Shown here: in pieces, positions 9,308 to 19,760 of the stretch
Layout of the letters: each line of letters starts with the position of its first letter
How positions within the stretch are numbered: position 1 is the stretch's first letter
Assembly: GCA_044222185.1 (NCBI GenBank)
Contig: JBGANV010000001.1
Location: 2,192,975-2,256,974, forward strand
DNA length: 64,000 nt
Reading direction: 5' to 3'
Source: Planctomycetota bacterium
GTDB taxonomy: Bacteria; Planctomycetota; GCA-002687715; CAIWVZ01
Notes under the pieces: generated by a model
The model's database searches: none
The model's input: only the letters and a program-made list of their open reading frames with translations
What the model was told of the DNA's origin: nothing
Translations under genes and position numbers: made by a program

Positions 9308-11071
9308 TCAGGCGGCGGCCGTCGTCGCGACGGGGAGCGAGAGCGTGAACGTCGACCCGACGGCCTCCTGGCTCACGACTCTGATGGATCCGCCATGGCG
9401 CTCCGCGACGTGCTTCACGATGGCGAGGCCGAGCCCGGTACCGCCGAGGGCACGCGAGCGCGCCTTGTCGACGCGGTAGAAGCGCTCGAATACGCGCTCG
9501 AGTTCCAGGGCGGGAATGCCGATCCCCGTGTCCTTCACCGAGATCTCGACCCGACCCGCGGCGAGCGCGCAGTCCACCGATATCGATCCGCCCGGCTTCG
9601 TGTAATGGATGGCGTTCTCGAGGAGGTTCACGAGCGCGCGGACCAACAGGTCGTGGTCCCCACGCACGAGCCACTCCCGCGGCGGAACGTCCACGCGAAC
9701 GTGCAGCCCCTTCTCGCGCGCCTTGTCACCGCAGACGGCACCGGCCTCGCCGATGACGGCTGCGACGGGGAACGGCTCGGCATCGACCTGGATCCCGCCG
9801 GCTTCCACGCGAGAGAGCACGAGCAGATCCGTGACGAGGTGGCCGAGGTTCCGGGCGTTGCGCTCGATTTTCGCCAGGAATTCCTGGGCAACCTCGGCGT
9901 CCCCGATGGCACCCGCCTGGAGAGTCTCGACGTACCCCTGGATGCTGGTCAGCGGCGTCTTCATCTCGTGGGAGACGTTGGCGACGAAGTCTCGGCGGAT
10001 GCCCTCGAGTTTGTGGAGCCGCGTCACGTCGCGGAACGACATCACGGTTCCGGCGTAGCCGCCGTCTGCCCCCCGAATGGGTGTGAGGCGGATCTCGAGG
10101 TCTCGGCTCGGAGGCGGGTGACTCAACGACAGGCTGCCTTCGATCGCGCGCATGTCACGCCGCACCTGCGCCACGAGGTCGGGCACGCTCGCATCGCGCA
10201 CCACTTCCCAGAACGGCCTGCCGACGGCACGGCGGTCCGCGTCGAACAGGCGCGCGGCCTCCGTGTTCAGGTGCGTGATCGAGTCGTCGGGCTTGACCGC
10301 GATGATGGCGTCCGCCACGGCGTCCAGAACGCTCGAGAGCTCGCGGCTGCCCGCGTGAAGATCGTCGATCTGTGTTCGAAGTCGTTCAGCCATGCGGTTC
10401 ATCGCGCGGCCGAGCCGCGCCATCTCGTCCGAGCCTGTCGCGTCGATCCGCGCCGAGAAGTCTCCGTCCGCGATCCGATCCGCGATCGCCAGCTGTGCAT
10501 CTACGCGTCGAGTGAGCCGTGACGCAACGAAATATCCCAGGACGAGCGCCAGGATGAGCTCGGCGCCCAGGCCGCCGGCGAAGAGACGGTCGAGCATGTC
10601 GACCTTGCGCGCGACGCCATCGGCCCGCGCCGCGGCTCGAACCCACCCATCCCCCGTGCGCGAAACGACGGCGACGTAGAGCAAGTCGTCGCCGACGGAC
10701 CCCGAATGCCGGAGGCTCCAGCCCGGTGCGCCGGCGCGCGCCTCCTGGATCTCGGGGCGGTTCGCATGATTCTCGAGGAGGCTCGGATCGCGCTCCGTGT
10801 CCGCGATGACGGTGCCATCCGCCGTGAGGATCGTGATGCGACACTGGGCGACACGACCGAGCTCGCCGACGCGTGCCTGGAGCGAGGCGCGAGACTCGAG
10901 GCCTCGGGCGCCGCCTGTGAACGCGTCGACGCTCTCCGCCGTCGCCGCCAACCGGTCGCGCTGCGAATCCAGCTCGACACGGCGCACCGCCGGCACGAGG
11001 ACGAACCAGTTGGCCAGCGTGAACACCAGCACGAGACCCAGATAGGTGATGAGTAGGCGGGTGCGCAGCAC
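9308..11071 (-). CDS. phoR: Sensor histidine kinase PhoR (TM-HAMP-PAS-HisKA-HATPase)
   Basis: ENHANRPEI, RRDFVANVSHEMKTPLTSIQGYVETL, NLLENAIHY, DTGIGI, FERFYRVDKARSRALGGTGLGLAIVKH. Confidence 0.93.
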   Translation of the reverse strand: MLRTRLLITYLGLVLVFTLANWFVLVPAVRRVELDSQRDRLAATAESVDAFTGGARGLESRASLQARVGELGRVAQCRITILTADGTVIADTERDPSLLENHANRPEIQEARAGAPGWSLRHSGSVGDDLLYVAVVSRTGDGWVRAAARADGVARKVDMLDRLFAGGLGAELILALVLGYFVASRLTRRVDAQLAIADRIADGDFSARIDATGSDEMARLGRAMNRMAERLRTQIDDLHAGSRELSSVLDAVADAIIAVKPDDSITHLNTEAARLFDADRRAVGRPFWEVVRDASVPDLVAQVRRDMRAIEGSLSLSHPPPSRDLEIRLTPIRGADGGYAGTVMSFRDVTRLHKLEGIRRDFVANVSHEMKTPLTSIQGYVETLQAGAIGDAEVAQEFLAKIERNARNLGHLVTDLLVLSRVEAGGIQVDAEPFPVAAVIGEAGAVCGDKAREKGLHVRVDVPPREWLVRGDHDLLVRALVNLLENAIHYTKPGGSISVDCALAAGRVEISVKDTGIGIPALELERVFERFYRVDKARSRALGGTGLGLAIVKHVAERHGGSIRVVSQEAVGSTFTLSLPVATTAAA

Positions 11072-11136
11072 GAGTCCGAGCTCACGACGGCGTCCATGCG
11101 GTGAGTGCGCGCGCGGCCGTCACGCCGCGACACGCG

Positions 11137-11838
11137 TCAGAGCGAAGACTCGAACTTATATCCGACGCCGCGGACGGTGACGAGATGTTCCGCGCGACGT
11201 TCGCCGAGCTTCTTGCGCACGTTCCTCACGTGGACGTCGATGTTGCGGTCGACGACGATGACGCCGTCTCCGACGACGTGCGGCAGCAATTCCGTTCGAG
11301 TGAAGACGCGCCCTTCGTTGCGCATGAGGAAGTGGAGCAGGCGGAACTCCGCCAACGTGAACTGGACGGACTCGCCATCGACGTTCACGACGTGGCGAAC
11401 GGGATCCACTTCGATGCCGCCGCGGGCCACCGGCCGGCGGTCGCTGCGCGCCCCACCGTCAGGGCGCGACCTCCGGAGCACGACCTTCACGCGTGCGAGC
11501 AGCTCCTTCACCGAGAACGGCTTCGTGACGTAGTCGTCGGCCCCCATCCCGAGACCGACGAGCACGTCGGACTCCTCGCCCTTGCTCGTGACCATGATGA
11601 CGGGGAGATGCTCCGTCCGGGATTCCGTCCGCAAGCGGCGGCAGACGTCGAGACCATCGATGCCCGGGAGCATCAGGTCGAGGAGCACGAGGTCGTAGGC
11701 CTTGGATCGCGCCAGATCCAACCCTCTCTCGCCGTCGGATGCCACGTCGACGTCGTAGCCGTCCTTCTTGAGGTTGTAGCGGACGAGATCGGAGATGTCC
11801 GTCTCGTCTTCGATGACGAGGATCCGCTCGCGCTTCAT
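11137..11838 (-). CDS. phoB: OmpR-family response regulator PhoB
   Basis: ILVIEDE, LLDLMLPGIDG, GADDYVTKPFS, winged-helix RNIDVHVRNVRKKL..VTVRGVGY. GGAAAGG RBS before ATG 11838. Upstream of phoR. Confidence 0.9.
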   Translation of the reverse strand: MKRERILVIEDETDISDLVRYNLKKDGYDVDVASDGERGLDLARSKAYDLVLLDLMLPGIDGLDVCRRLRTESRTEHLPVIMVTSKGEESDVLVGLGMGADDYVTKPFSVKELLARVKVVLRRSRPDGGARSDRRPVARGGIEVDPVRHVVNVDGESVQFTLAEFRLLHFLMRNEGRVFTRTELLPHVVGDGVIVVDRNIDVHVRNVRKKLGERRAEHLVTVRGVGYKFESSL

Positions 11839-11979
11839 CGTTCGCCTTTCCACCGGGTGCGCGGGTCCGTGGGACGATGGCGAGATCGGCGACGGCCGGT
11901 GGACCACACCGATGGGCGCATCCGCACGTCTGCCGGAGTCATCACGCTGGCTGCTCGTTCGAGGGTTCATCCGGAGGCG

Positions 11980-12011
11980 AGACTAGCCCCCGCAAATCAA
12001 GGAATGGTAAA
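11980..12011 (-). promoter_or_regulatory. Pho box plus -10 element upstream of phoB (autoregulation)
   Basis: Minus-strand TTTAC(12007-11)-6 nt-TTGAT(11996-12000), then TAGTCT (11980-85) at the same 10-nt spacing as the porin promoter. Confidence 0.65.
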
Positions 12012-12146
12012 GACGAGTTCGGTCGCGCATCAAACGTCGGGCTGAAAACGGAGCAGCCTGCGCGGCATTCCGAGAACCGCTGGCAGGCGCGCTGCCACCG
12101 TGCGCCGCGGCGCGCAGGGCTCGCACGCCGACGTGGTGAGTCCGAA

Positions 12147-12896
12147 TCACGGACTTCGGCGGCTCGCCGCACCCCGCGAATCCGGGGCCGCAGAGTGAGC
12201 CCACGCGAGGTCGGACTCGAAGCCCGCCGGAAGCTCGCCCCGCGCCGCCAGGTCGTCGAGAACGGTGCGTGCCGTGCCGGGCGACTTCAGCAGGCGCCAG
12301 CTCAGGACGAGGGCGTGAAGCACGTCGGCCGACCCGGGCGCCTCCTCCCATGCCCGCTCGAGCATGGGCTCTGCGATCTCGGGCTGGGCCGCCACGAGGT
12401 GCGCCAGGCCCTGGTGGTAGGTGAGGCGTGGCAGGCTCGGGTCGAGTCGCCGGGCCCGGTTGAACATGGATGCGGCGACGAGCGCCTGTCCGCGTCCCTT
12501 GCGTCCGAGCGCCTGCGCCAGCATCAGCGCCGTCCGGCCGAGGAGGTCGGCGGAGGCCCCGGATCCGAAGTCGTAGCGCAGCGCCTGGGACATGGCCGCC
12601 TCCGCAGTCTCCAGGTCCCCGAGAGCGATGGATGCGCGCGCCACGCCGATCCAGGCGAGGAACGGCCGCTCCTCCCCCCGCATCGCCTCGTAGAAGAGGG
12701 CCCGGGCCTCGTCGGCTCGGCCTTCGTTCAGCGATCGCTCGCCGTTGGCTGCGAGGCCGGACGGGTCGGGCAAGCCCTTGGGTGCCGACGCGCACCCGCA
12801 ACAGAGGAAGATCGCGACCGCCGCCAACAGGCGCACCGGCCCGGGAATGCCCCTCCGTTCCGGCGAGGGGTCGTCAAGGACGGTCGGAGGATTCAT
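12147..12896 (-). CDS. TPR-repeat putative lipoprotein
   Basis: Lipobox-like LLAAVAIFLCCGC followed by TPR-like helices (ARALFYEAM, AWIGVARA, YHQGLAHL). Alternative GTG start at 12836. Confidence 0.65.
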   Translation of the reverse strand: MNPPTVLDDPSPERRGIPGPVRLLAAVAIFLCCGCASAPKGLPDPSGLAANGERSLNEGRADEARALFYEAMRGEERPFLAWIGVARASIALGDLETAEAAMSQALRYDFGSGASADLLGRTALMLAQALGRKGRGQALVAASMFNRARRLDPSLPRLTYHQGLAHLVAAQPEIAEPMLERAWEEAPGSADVLHALVLSWRLLKSPGTARTVLDDLAARGELPAGFESDLAWAHSAAPDSRGAASRRSP

Positions 12897-12941
12897 CGAG
12901 AGATCGTTAGACTCCCCGACCTCGACGAAAGATGGAGCGGC

Positions 12942-15575
12942 ATGGAGACTCATGATCACGGCTGCGCTCGCCATTGGCAAGCGCGCGGACCCTTCGCACT
13001 CAATGGAACGACCCAACGTCACGCGCGCAGCCGCGTGCTCGACGTCACGCACATCCGGCTCGAAATTGCAGTCGACCTGGAGGAGCGGACGATCTCGGGT
13101 TCCGTCGAGCACACCGCGGAGGTCCTGCCCGATCAGCTCGAGGCATTCTCCCTCGACGCCGTCGGACTGACGATCGAGGACGTCACCATCGACGGGAAGA
13201 CCACCGCGTTCGCCCATGACGGAGAGAACGTGCTGATCCGGCTCGCGTCAACGCTGACGCGCGGAACGAAGACGAAGATCGGGATTCGGTATCGCGGCTC
13301 ACCGCAGCGCGGTCTCTACTTCGTGGGCCCCGACGAGGCCTACCCCTCGAAACCCAAGCAGGCCTGGACCCAGGGCCAGGACGAGGACGCCCGATACTGG
13401 TTCCCCTGCTACGACTACCCGAACCAGAAGTCGACGTCGGAGCTGCGGGTCACGGTGGCGCGTGGCCTGGACGCCGTCTCGAACGGGAAGCTGCTCGAGC
13501 GCGCCGAAGGCCCATCGACGATCACGTTCCACTGGCTGCAGGAGGTGCCGCACGTCACGTACCTCGTGTCGTTGGTGGTCGGCCGCTTCGACGTGGTCGA
13601 AGACGCCTCTGGGCCAGTCCCCCTGCGCTATCTCGTGCCAGAAGGTCGGCGCGGCGATGCCGTCCGGACGTTCGGTCGAACGGCCGCGATGATGCGCCGT
13701 TTCGCCGAGCTGGTCGGGCACCCGTACCCGTTCGTGAAGTACGACCAGACCGTCGTCAGCGACTTCATCTTCGGAGGGATGGAGAACAGCTCGGCGACGA
13801 CGCTCTTCGAGTACACGATGCTCGATGCGAGCGTCGAGGGCATCATCGACCGCGACGACCTCGTCGCACACGAGCTCGCACACCAGTGGTTCGGCGACCT
13901 GGTCACGTGCCGTGACTGGTCCGAGGCGTGGCTCAACGAAGGCTTCGCGACGTATTTCGAGTGCCTCTGGTACGAACACGGCGACTCGCCTGAGCGCGGG
14001 CGCTACCACCTCTTAGAGGCGGCGCGCCGTTACTTCCAGGAGGACACCCAGGACTACCGCCGGCCCATCGTCTGCCGGACCTACGACGCGCCCACGGACC
14101 TCTTCGATCGCCATCTCTACGAGAAGGGCGCCTGCGTCCTTCACCATCTCCGACTCGAGCTCGGAAACGACGTCTTCTTCCGCGCTCTGCGCCGGTACGT
14201 GGCGTCTCACGCGCGCGGTCACGCACAGACCGTGGACCTGCGACGCGCGATCGAGCAGGAGACCGGCCGGAACCTCGACGCGTTCTTCGACCAGTGGGTC
14301 CAGAAGGGCGGCCATCCCGACTTGGAGATCACGTCCGAATACGAACCGGCGTCGCGGCGGCTGACGCTCCGCGTGAAACAGCGACAGAAGGTCGACGCCG
14401 AGACCCCCCTGTTCGAATTCGACCTGCCGTGCCGCGTCTGGCACGCGGGTGGCCGCGGAAAGTTCGTCGATCGCACGTTCCGGGTCACGGGCGCCGAGCA
14501 CAAATTCGACTGGGAGCTACCGGGCGATCCGCGCGGGGTCCGGGTCAATCACGGCGGAGGTCCCCTCGTCCGAACGGATTTCGATCGGACGGACGGGTGG
14601 CTCACCACGCAGCTCAACGAGGACGACGATCTGGTGGGGCGGATCGAGGCGGCAGATGCGCTTGCACGGTCGGCCTCGACGACCGCCGTGACGGCGCTCA
14701 CACGAGCGCTGGCGAAGGAATCGCTCTGGATGGTCCGCTGCGAGATCGCCCGGGCTCTCGGCGTCATCGGGTCGCCGGCGGCGCGCGATGCGCTGATCGC
14801 CGCACTCACGCAACGTGACGCACGCGTACGTAGCGCGGTCGCGCACGCGCTCGGGATCCGCCACGACGCGGACGCAGCGCAGGCGCTCCGTCGCCAACTT
14901 CAGTCCGAGAAGACGACCTGGGTACGCGCCGCCGCCTACCGCGCACTGGGGCGGACACGCGCGGCGTTCGCGCGCGAGTTCCTCGCACAGGGGCTCGACG
15001 AGCGTGGGACCTGGAACGACATCGTTCCGAGGGCCGCGCTCGACGGCATGGTCGCGCTGCGCGACCCGGCGCTGGAATCCGTTTTCAGGGCCGAGGCTCG
15101 CCATGGCGTTCACGAGCTTCGTCGCACGGCAGCGATCGCCGGTCTCGGCGAGCTCGGCGCGCGGACTCAGACGCGCGGAGCGCTGCGCGAGACGCTCACG
15201 GACCTCCTGAACGACAAGAGCTTTCGGGCGGTCGTCTCTGCGATCCAGGCGCTGCGGACCCTCGGGGACCCGGACGCCGCGGGAGCCCTGGACGCCCTCG
15301 CCCACCGCAAGCACGTCGACGGGCGGATCCGCCGTCAGGCGCGAATCGTAGCCTCGGCGCTTCGGGCGGATTCGGGGCCGAAGGAGGCCATCAAGTCGCT
15401 CAACGACCGGGTGGACAAGCTGGACGAGGAGCGCCGCAAGCTGTTGGCGCGCATCGAGAAGCTCGAAGGCAGGTCAGGATCGCCCGTGCGGTCGGGCGCG
15501 GCATCGAAGCGATCGAAGGCCGGGCCGAAGCGGCGGACGGGCGGAGATCGGCGGCGAGGAAAGAAGCGCAGGTAA
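12942..15575 (+). CDS. pepN: M1 family aminopeptidase with C-terminal HEAT repeats
   Basis: WTQGQDEDARYWFPC, GGMEN, HELAHQWFGD...WLNEGFATY, YEKGA, then HEAT-like repeats, a coiled coil and a basic tail. Confidence 0.92.
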   Translation: METHDHGCARHWQARGPFALNGTTQRHARSRVLDVTHIRLEIAVDLEERTISGSVEHTAEVLPDQLEAFSLDAVGLTIEDVTIDGKTTAFAHDGENVLIRLASTLTRGTKTKIGIRYRGSPQRGLYFVGPDEAYPSKPKQAWTQGQDEDARYWFPCYDYPNQKSTSELRVTVARGLDAVSNGKLLERAEGPSTITFHWLQEVPHVTYLVSLVVGRFDVVEDASGPVPLRYLVPEGRRGDAVRTFGRTAAMMRRFAELVGHPYPFVKYDQTVVSDFIFGGMENSSATTLFEYTMLDASVEGIIDRDDLVAHELAHQWFGDLVTCRDWSEAWLNEGFATYFECLWYEHGDSPERGRYHLLEAARRYFQEDTQDYRRPIVCRTYDAPTDLFDRHLYEKGACVLHHLRLELGNDVFFRALRRYVASHARGHAQTVDLRRAIEQETGRNLDAFFDQWVQKGGHPDLEITSEYEPASRRLTLRVKQRQKVDAETPLFEFDLPCRVWHAGGRGKFVDRTFRVTGAEHKFDWELPGDPRGVRVNHGGGPLVRTDFDRTDGWLTTQLNEDDDLVGRIEAADALARSASTTAVTALTRALAKESLWMVRCEIARALGVIGSPAARDALIAALTQRDARVRSAVAHALGIRHDADAAQALRRQLQSEKTTWVRAAAYRALGRTRAAFAREFLAQGLDERGTWNDIVPRAALDGMVALRDPALESVFRAEARHGVHELRRTAAIAGLGELGARTQTRGALRETLTDLLNDKSFRAVVSAIQALRTLGDPDAAGALDALAHRKHVDGRIRRQARIVASALRADSGPKEAIKSLNDRVDKLDEERRKLLARIEKLEGRSGSPVRSGAASKRSKAGPKRRTGGDRRRGKKRR

Positions 15576-15639
15576 TATCGCGGCGACCCCGACGAATGGC
15601 GCGGGCACCACACCCGCGCCGCGACCGAGGAGCGAAGCC

Positions 15640-15879
15640 ATGATCACGCGCCTGCTGAGCTACGAGATCCCGTTCTGGAATGCCGTCGTCCTCATCGTCG
15701 CGACGGCCATCGCCGGCTGGACCGTGGTCTCCATCGTGGGCGCGATCGTCGGGGCCCGGACACGCCAGGCCGAGGCGCGACTCGAACTCGAGCGCGACTA
15801 CCTCCGCCACGTGCTGACGAAGCTCGACGAGATCAATGCCGCGCTCGGCGCCCGCCGCGACGAGTACTCCGCGCGCTGA
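15640..15879 (+). CDS. Small hypothetical membrane protein
   Basis: AGGAG RBS, one hydrophobic segment, then an amphipathic helix. 79 aa. Confidence 0.6.
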   Translation: MITRLLSYEIPFWNAVVLIVATAIAGWTVVSIVGAIVGARTRQAEARLELERDYLRHVLTKLDEINAALGARRDEYSAR

Positions 15880-15918
15880 GCGACGCCCGCGCCCGTGACC
15901 GCGGCTATCATGGCCGCC

Positions 15919-17028
15919 ATGATGACTCCGTTACGCGTCCCGCCGCGCACGCTCTTGGGCCCCGGTCCGAGCCCCTGTCCGCCCGAGGTACTGCGGGCCA
16001 TGGCCACACCGCTCCTCGGCCACCTCGACCCGGCGTTCCTGTCCATCATGGACGAGACCATGCGGCGGCTGCGCGCGGTCTTCCGCACGACGAACAAGCT
16101 CACGGTCCCGCTTCCCGGCACGGGCTCGGCGGGAATGGAAGCCGTGATCGTCAACATGCTCGAGCCGGGCGATCGGGCGATCATCGGCGTGAACGGCGTC
16201 TTCGGCGCGCGGTTGAAGGATCAGGCCGAGCGAATCGGCGTCCGCGTCGAGGCACTGGATGCGCCATTTGGCGAGATCATCGATCCTTCGCGAGTCGAGG
16301 CCGCATTGAAACGCGAGCCCGCCCAGGCAGTGGTGATGGTCCACGCGGAGACGTCGACGGGCGCGCTCCAACCCGTCGAGGAGATCGGCGCGACCTGTCG
16401 ACGCCACGGCGCGCTGTTCATCCTCGACTGCGTGACGTCACTCGGAGGAACGGACGTGCGCCTCGACGACTGGGGCGTCGACGCGTGCTACTCCGGTTCG
16501 CAGAAATGCCTTTCCGTTCCGCCCGGGCTCTCGCCCGTCTCGTTGAGCGAGAACGCGCTCTCACGCCTGAAGAATCGGCGCACGAAGGTCCCGTCCTGGT
16601 ACCTGGACCTGGGGATGATCGCCTCGTACTGGGGGACCGATCGCGTCTATCACCACACGGCGCCGATCTCGATGATCTACGCGTTGCACGAGGGCCTCGG
16701 CCTCGTGCTCGACGAGGGGCTCGAAGCGGCGTTCGCACGCCACCGACGGGTCCAGGACTTCCTGCTCGCCGGACTCGAGCGCCTGGGACTCACGCCCTTC
16801 GTGCCCGCGCCTCGCCGGTTGCCGATGCTGACGGCGATCCACGTGCCCGACGGGATCGACGAGGCGAACGTGCGGCGCCAGCTCTACTCGCGGTTCAACA
16901 TCGAGATCGGAGGCGGTCTCGGCCCGCTCAGGGGCAAGGTCTGGCGCATCGGTCACATGGGCTTCGGAGCCCGGGAGGACACGATCGCGACCCTCCTCGC
17001 CGCGTTCGACACGCTGCTTTCGCGCTGA
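15919..17028 (+). CDS. Alanine-glyoxylate/serine-pyruvate aminotransferase (class V, PLP)
   Basis: LLGPGPS, GHLDP, GTGSAGMEA, VHAETSTG, DCVTSLGG, SGSQKCLSVPPG, YHHTAP, WRIGHMG. Start lies between 15895 and 15922. Confidence 0.93.
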   Translation: MMTPLRVPPRTLLGPGPSPCPPEVLRAMATPLLGHLDPAFLSIMDETMRRLRAVFRTTNKLTVPLPGTGSAGMEAVIVNMLEPGDRAIIGVNGVFGARLKDQAERIGVRVEALDAPFGEIIDPSRVEAALKREPAQAVVMVHAETSTGALQPVEEIGATCRRHGALFILDCVTSLGGTDVRLDDWGVDACYSGSQKCLSVPPGLSPVSLSENALSRLKNRRTKVPSWYLDLGMIASYWGTDRVYHHTAPISMIYALHEGLGLVLDEGLEAAFARHRRVQDFLLAGLERLGLTPFVPAPRRLPMLTAIHVPDGIDEANVRRQLYSRFNIEIGGGLGPLRGKVWRIGHMGFGAREDTIATLLAAFDTLLSR

Positions 17029-17043
17029 TCAGGACGTCGAATC

Positions 17044-17991
17044 TCACCCGAACCGGCCCGAGAGGTAATCCTCCGTCTCCTTGCGATGCGGGGTGAGGAA
17101 CATGTCGTTCGTCGGGCCGTACTCGACGAGGCGCCCGAGGTACATGAACGCCGTGTAGTCGCTGCTGCGGGCCGCCTGCTGCATGTTGTGGGTGACGATG
17201 AGGATCGTGTACTCCCCCTTCAGGTCCGCGATCAGATCTTCGATGCGCGACGTGGCGATCGGATCGAGAGCGGAGCACGGCTCGTCCATCAGGAGCACTT
17301 CCGGCTCGGCCGCGATGGCGCGCGCGATGCACAGTCGCTGCTGCTGTCCGCCTGAGAGGCTCAGGCCGCTCGTCTCGAGCCGGTCTTTCACTTCGTCCCA
17401 CAACGCGGCGCCGCGCAGGCTGCGCTCGCAGACTTCGTCGAGAGCGCGTCGGTCCTTCACGCCGTCGATGCGCAGCGGATAGACGACGTTTTCGTAGATG
17501 CTCATGGGGAAAGGGTTCGACTTCTGGAACACCATGCCCATGCGCTTGCGCAGCTCGATGACGTCGATCGATCGCGTGTAGATCGGGTCGCCGTTGAGTC
17601 GCATGTCGCCCTGGTGCTGAATGCCGTCCACCAGGTCGTTCAGGCGGTTCACGGACCGCAGCAGCGTGGACTTGCCGCACCCCGACGGCCCGATGAGCGC
17701 CGTGACCTTGCCCTTGGGGATGCGCATGGAGATGTCCCAGAGCGCACGTGTCTTCCCGTACCAGAGGCTGAAGCGTTCGATTTCGAGAACAGCTGGCTCG
17801 GCCGCGACGCCGGCATGGGTCTCGGTCTCCACGGGCTCACCGCGGGCGATGGCCTCCAGTGCTGGGATCTGCCGGCGCTCGGTGGCCGGACCTGCCGGCG
17901 GCACCGGTGCCGCGCCGGATCGCTCGTCTTCCTTCGACATGAGGTTTCGTGCCGTCTTCATGGGTGTCTTGATCTGTGTGGCGAGTCGCAT
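17044..17991 (-). CDS. pstB: Phosphate ABC transporter ATP-binding protein PstB
   Basis: [61 protein letters not shown]. Start at 17991, 17961 or 17940. Confidence 0.96.
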   Translation of the reverse strand: MRLATQIKTPMKTARNLMSKEDERSGAAPVPPAGPATERRQIPALEAIARGEPVETETHAGVAAEPAVLEIERFSLWYGKTRALWDISMRIPKGKVTALIGPSGCGKSTLLRSVNRLNDLVDGIQHQGDMRLNGDPIYTRSIDVIELRKRMGMVFQKSNPFPMSIYENVVYPLRIDGVKDRRALDEVCERSLRGAALWDEVKDRLETSGLSLSGGQQQRLCIARAIAAEPEVLLMDEPCSALDPIATSRIEDLIADLKGEYTILIVTHNMQQAARSSDYTAFMYLGRLVEYGPTNDMFLTPHRKETEDYLSGRFG

Positions 17992-17996
17992 CGGTA

Positions 17997-19760
17997 TCAG
18001 AAGTGCCCCGTCAGGAATCTCCGGCGCAATCGCGTCCGCACCGCGACCGCCGCCACGTTCAGCGTCACGATGATCGCGATCAACAGGAGCGTCGTCGTGT
18101 AGACCATGGGCTTTGCTGCCTCGCTGTTCTGGCTCTGGAAACCCAGGTCGAAGATGTGGAAGCCGAGGTGCATGAACCCGCGCTGCAGGTGGATGAACGG
18201 GGCAGTCCCGTCGATCGGCAGATCGGGCGCGAGCTTCGCGGCGCCGACGAGCATCAGCGGGGCCACTTCTCCAGCACCCCGAGCCATCGCGAGAACGAAC
18301 CCCGTCATGATGCCCGGCATCGCGCGCGGCAGGACGATTCGGCGGATGGTCTGCCACTTGCTCGCACCGCAGGCGTATGAGCCCTCGCGCATCGACCTGG
18401 GAACGGCGGCCAGAGCTTCCTCCGTGGCGACGACCACCACCGGGAGCGTGAGCAAGGCCAGCGTCAACGCCGACCACAACACGCCGCCCGTTCCGAAGGT
18501 CGGGCTCGGGAGTTTCTCGGCGAAGAAGATCCGATCGACGCCGCCACCGAGCGTGTAGCAGAAGAAACCGAGGCCGAAGACCCCGAAGACGATGCTGGGT
18601 ACGCCCGCGAGGTTGTTCACGGCGATGCGCACGGCGCTGACGATCGGCCCGGCCTTGGCGTACTCGCGCAGGTAGAGCGCCGCGAGCACACCGAGCGGGA
18701 CGACCGCGAGCGACATCAGGAGCGTCATGACGACGGTCCCGAAGATCGCGGGGAAGACTCCCCCTTCGCTGTTGGCTTCGCGAGGTTCGGCCGTGAGGAA
18801 CTCCCACCAGCGCGCGCCGTAGATCCGGAGCTTCTCGCTGAACGAGAGGCGGTTCGCCGGGTATGCGCGCACGACGTCGGCCACGGTGAGAGAAACATCC
18901 GGCCCCGTCGCCGTCTCCAGCACGAGCTTGAAGCGCTCGTTCTCCGCGCGGATCGCACGAATCTTCGCCTGGATCGTCTCGCCCTTCGCCGTCAAGCGCG
19001 CCTGGGCATCGGCGACGGCACGCTCCCGAGCCGCGAATTCCGGCGAACCGCGCCCGTGCTGGAGCTCGAACCGGCGAAGCGAGAGGCGTTCCATTTCCAG
19101 TTCGTGATTCACGACCCCGAGCTCGTCCGACCCGAGTCTCGATGCCGTTTCGGCACGCGCGCGCGACGGTGCGTGGTGTTCGTTGAAGAGGCGCCAGGCC
19201 TCGTCGGGCGTCGCCGCCGCCGGCTTGCCGTCTACTGTGAAACCCTCGAGTTTCCCGTAGAAGCGTCCCCAGGTCATGCGCTCGATCACGAGCGCCCACT
19301 CGGGCTCGAACTCGGCCTGCACTTCGTATTGGGGCACCCAGTGGTAATGCTCGCCAGTGATCTCGAAGTTGCCGACGCGAAACTGCCGCCGGGTTTGCGG
19401 AGCTCCTGCTGCGGCCGTCGATGCGGCCCGCGAATCGGCGGCGCTCCCGGAGGTCACGGTTCCCGGTGACGGGCGGAACTCTTCGTCGTGAGTGACCTCC
19501 CCCAGGAATGTCCCCGACGCCGTCTTCACCTCCACGGCAGGAACGGGCCAGAACGTGCCGGCTCCCTGACGGATCACGAGGGCCAGAAGGCCCACGATCA
19601 TCGCGATGCAAATGACGAGCGCCCCGCCCGTGAGCCAGACCCACGGTTCGCCCTCGGCCGCGAGCGACGACCCGCGCTTGCGCGGCTGGCGGGCGCGCGC
19701 ACCTCGTGCCGCCGAGGTCGCTGCATGAGCCGCCTCGGCTCCTCGTGTGGCAGTCGTCAC
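17997..19760 (-). CDS. pstA: Phosphate ABC transporter permease PstA (long periplasmic insertion)
   Basis: [39 protein letters not shown] loop ([14 protein letters not shown]), [13 protein letters not shown] start overlaps the pstC stop (GTGA). Confidence 0.92.
   Translation of the reverse strand: MTTATRGAEAAHAATSAARGARARQPRKRGSSLAAEGEPWVWLTGGALVICIAMIVGLLALVIRQGAGTFWPVPAVEVKTASGTFLGEVTHDEEFRPSPGTVTSGSAADSRAASTAAAGAPQTRRQFRVGNFEITGEHYHWVPQYEVQAEFEPEWALVIERMTWGRFYGKLEGFTVDGKPAAATPDEAWRLFNEHHAPSRARAETASRLGSDELGVVNHELEMERLSLRRFELQHGRGSPEFAARERAVADAQARLTAKGETIQAKIRAIRAENERFKLVLETATGPDVSLTVADVVRAYPANRLSFSEKLRIYGARWWEFLTAEPREANSEGGVFPAIFGTVVMTLLMSLAVVPLGVLAALYLREYAKAGPIVSAVRIAVNNLAGVPSIVFGVFGLGFFCYTLGGGVDRIFFAEKLPSPTFGTGGVLWSALTLALLTLPVVVVATEEALAAVPRSMREGSYACGASKWQTIRRIVLPRAMPGIMTGFVLAMARGAGEVAPLMLVGAAKLAPDLPIDGTAPFIHLQRGFMHLGFHIFDLGFQSQNSEAAKPMVYTTTLLLIAIIVTLNVAAVAVRTRLRRRFLTGHF

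Noticed and set aside
11877-12941. 355-aa N-terminal extension giving a 1232-aa aminopeptidase ORF
   Set aside because: It is Arg/Gly/Pro-rich shadow sequence overlapping the opposite-strand TPR gene and the phoB promoter. M1-like sequence starts near ATG 12942, which has a GGAG RBS.
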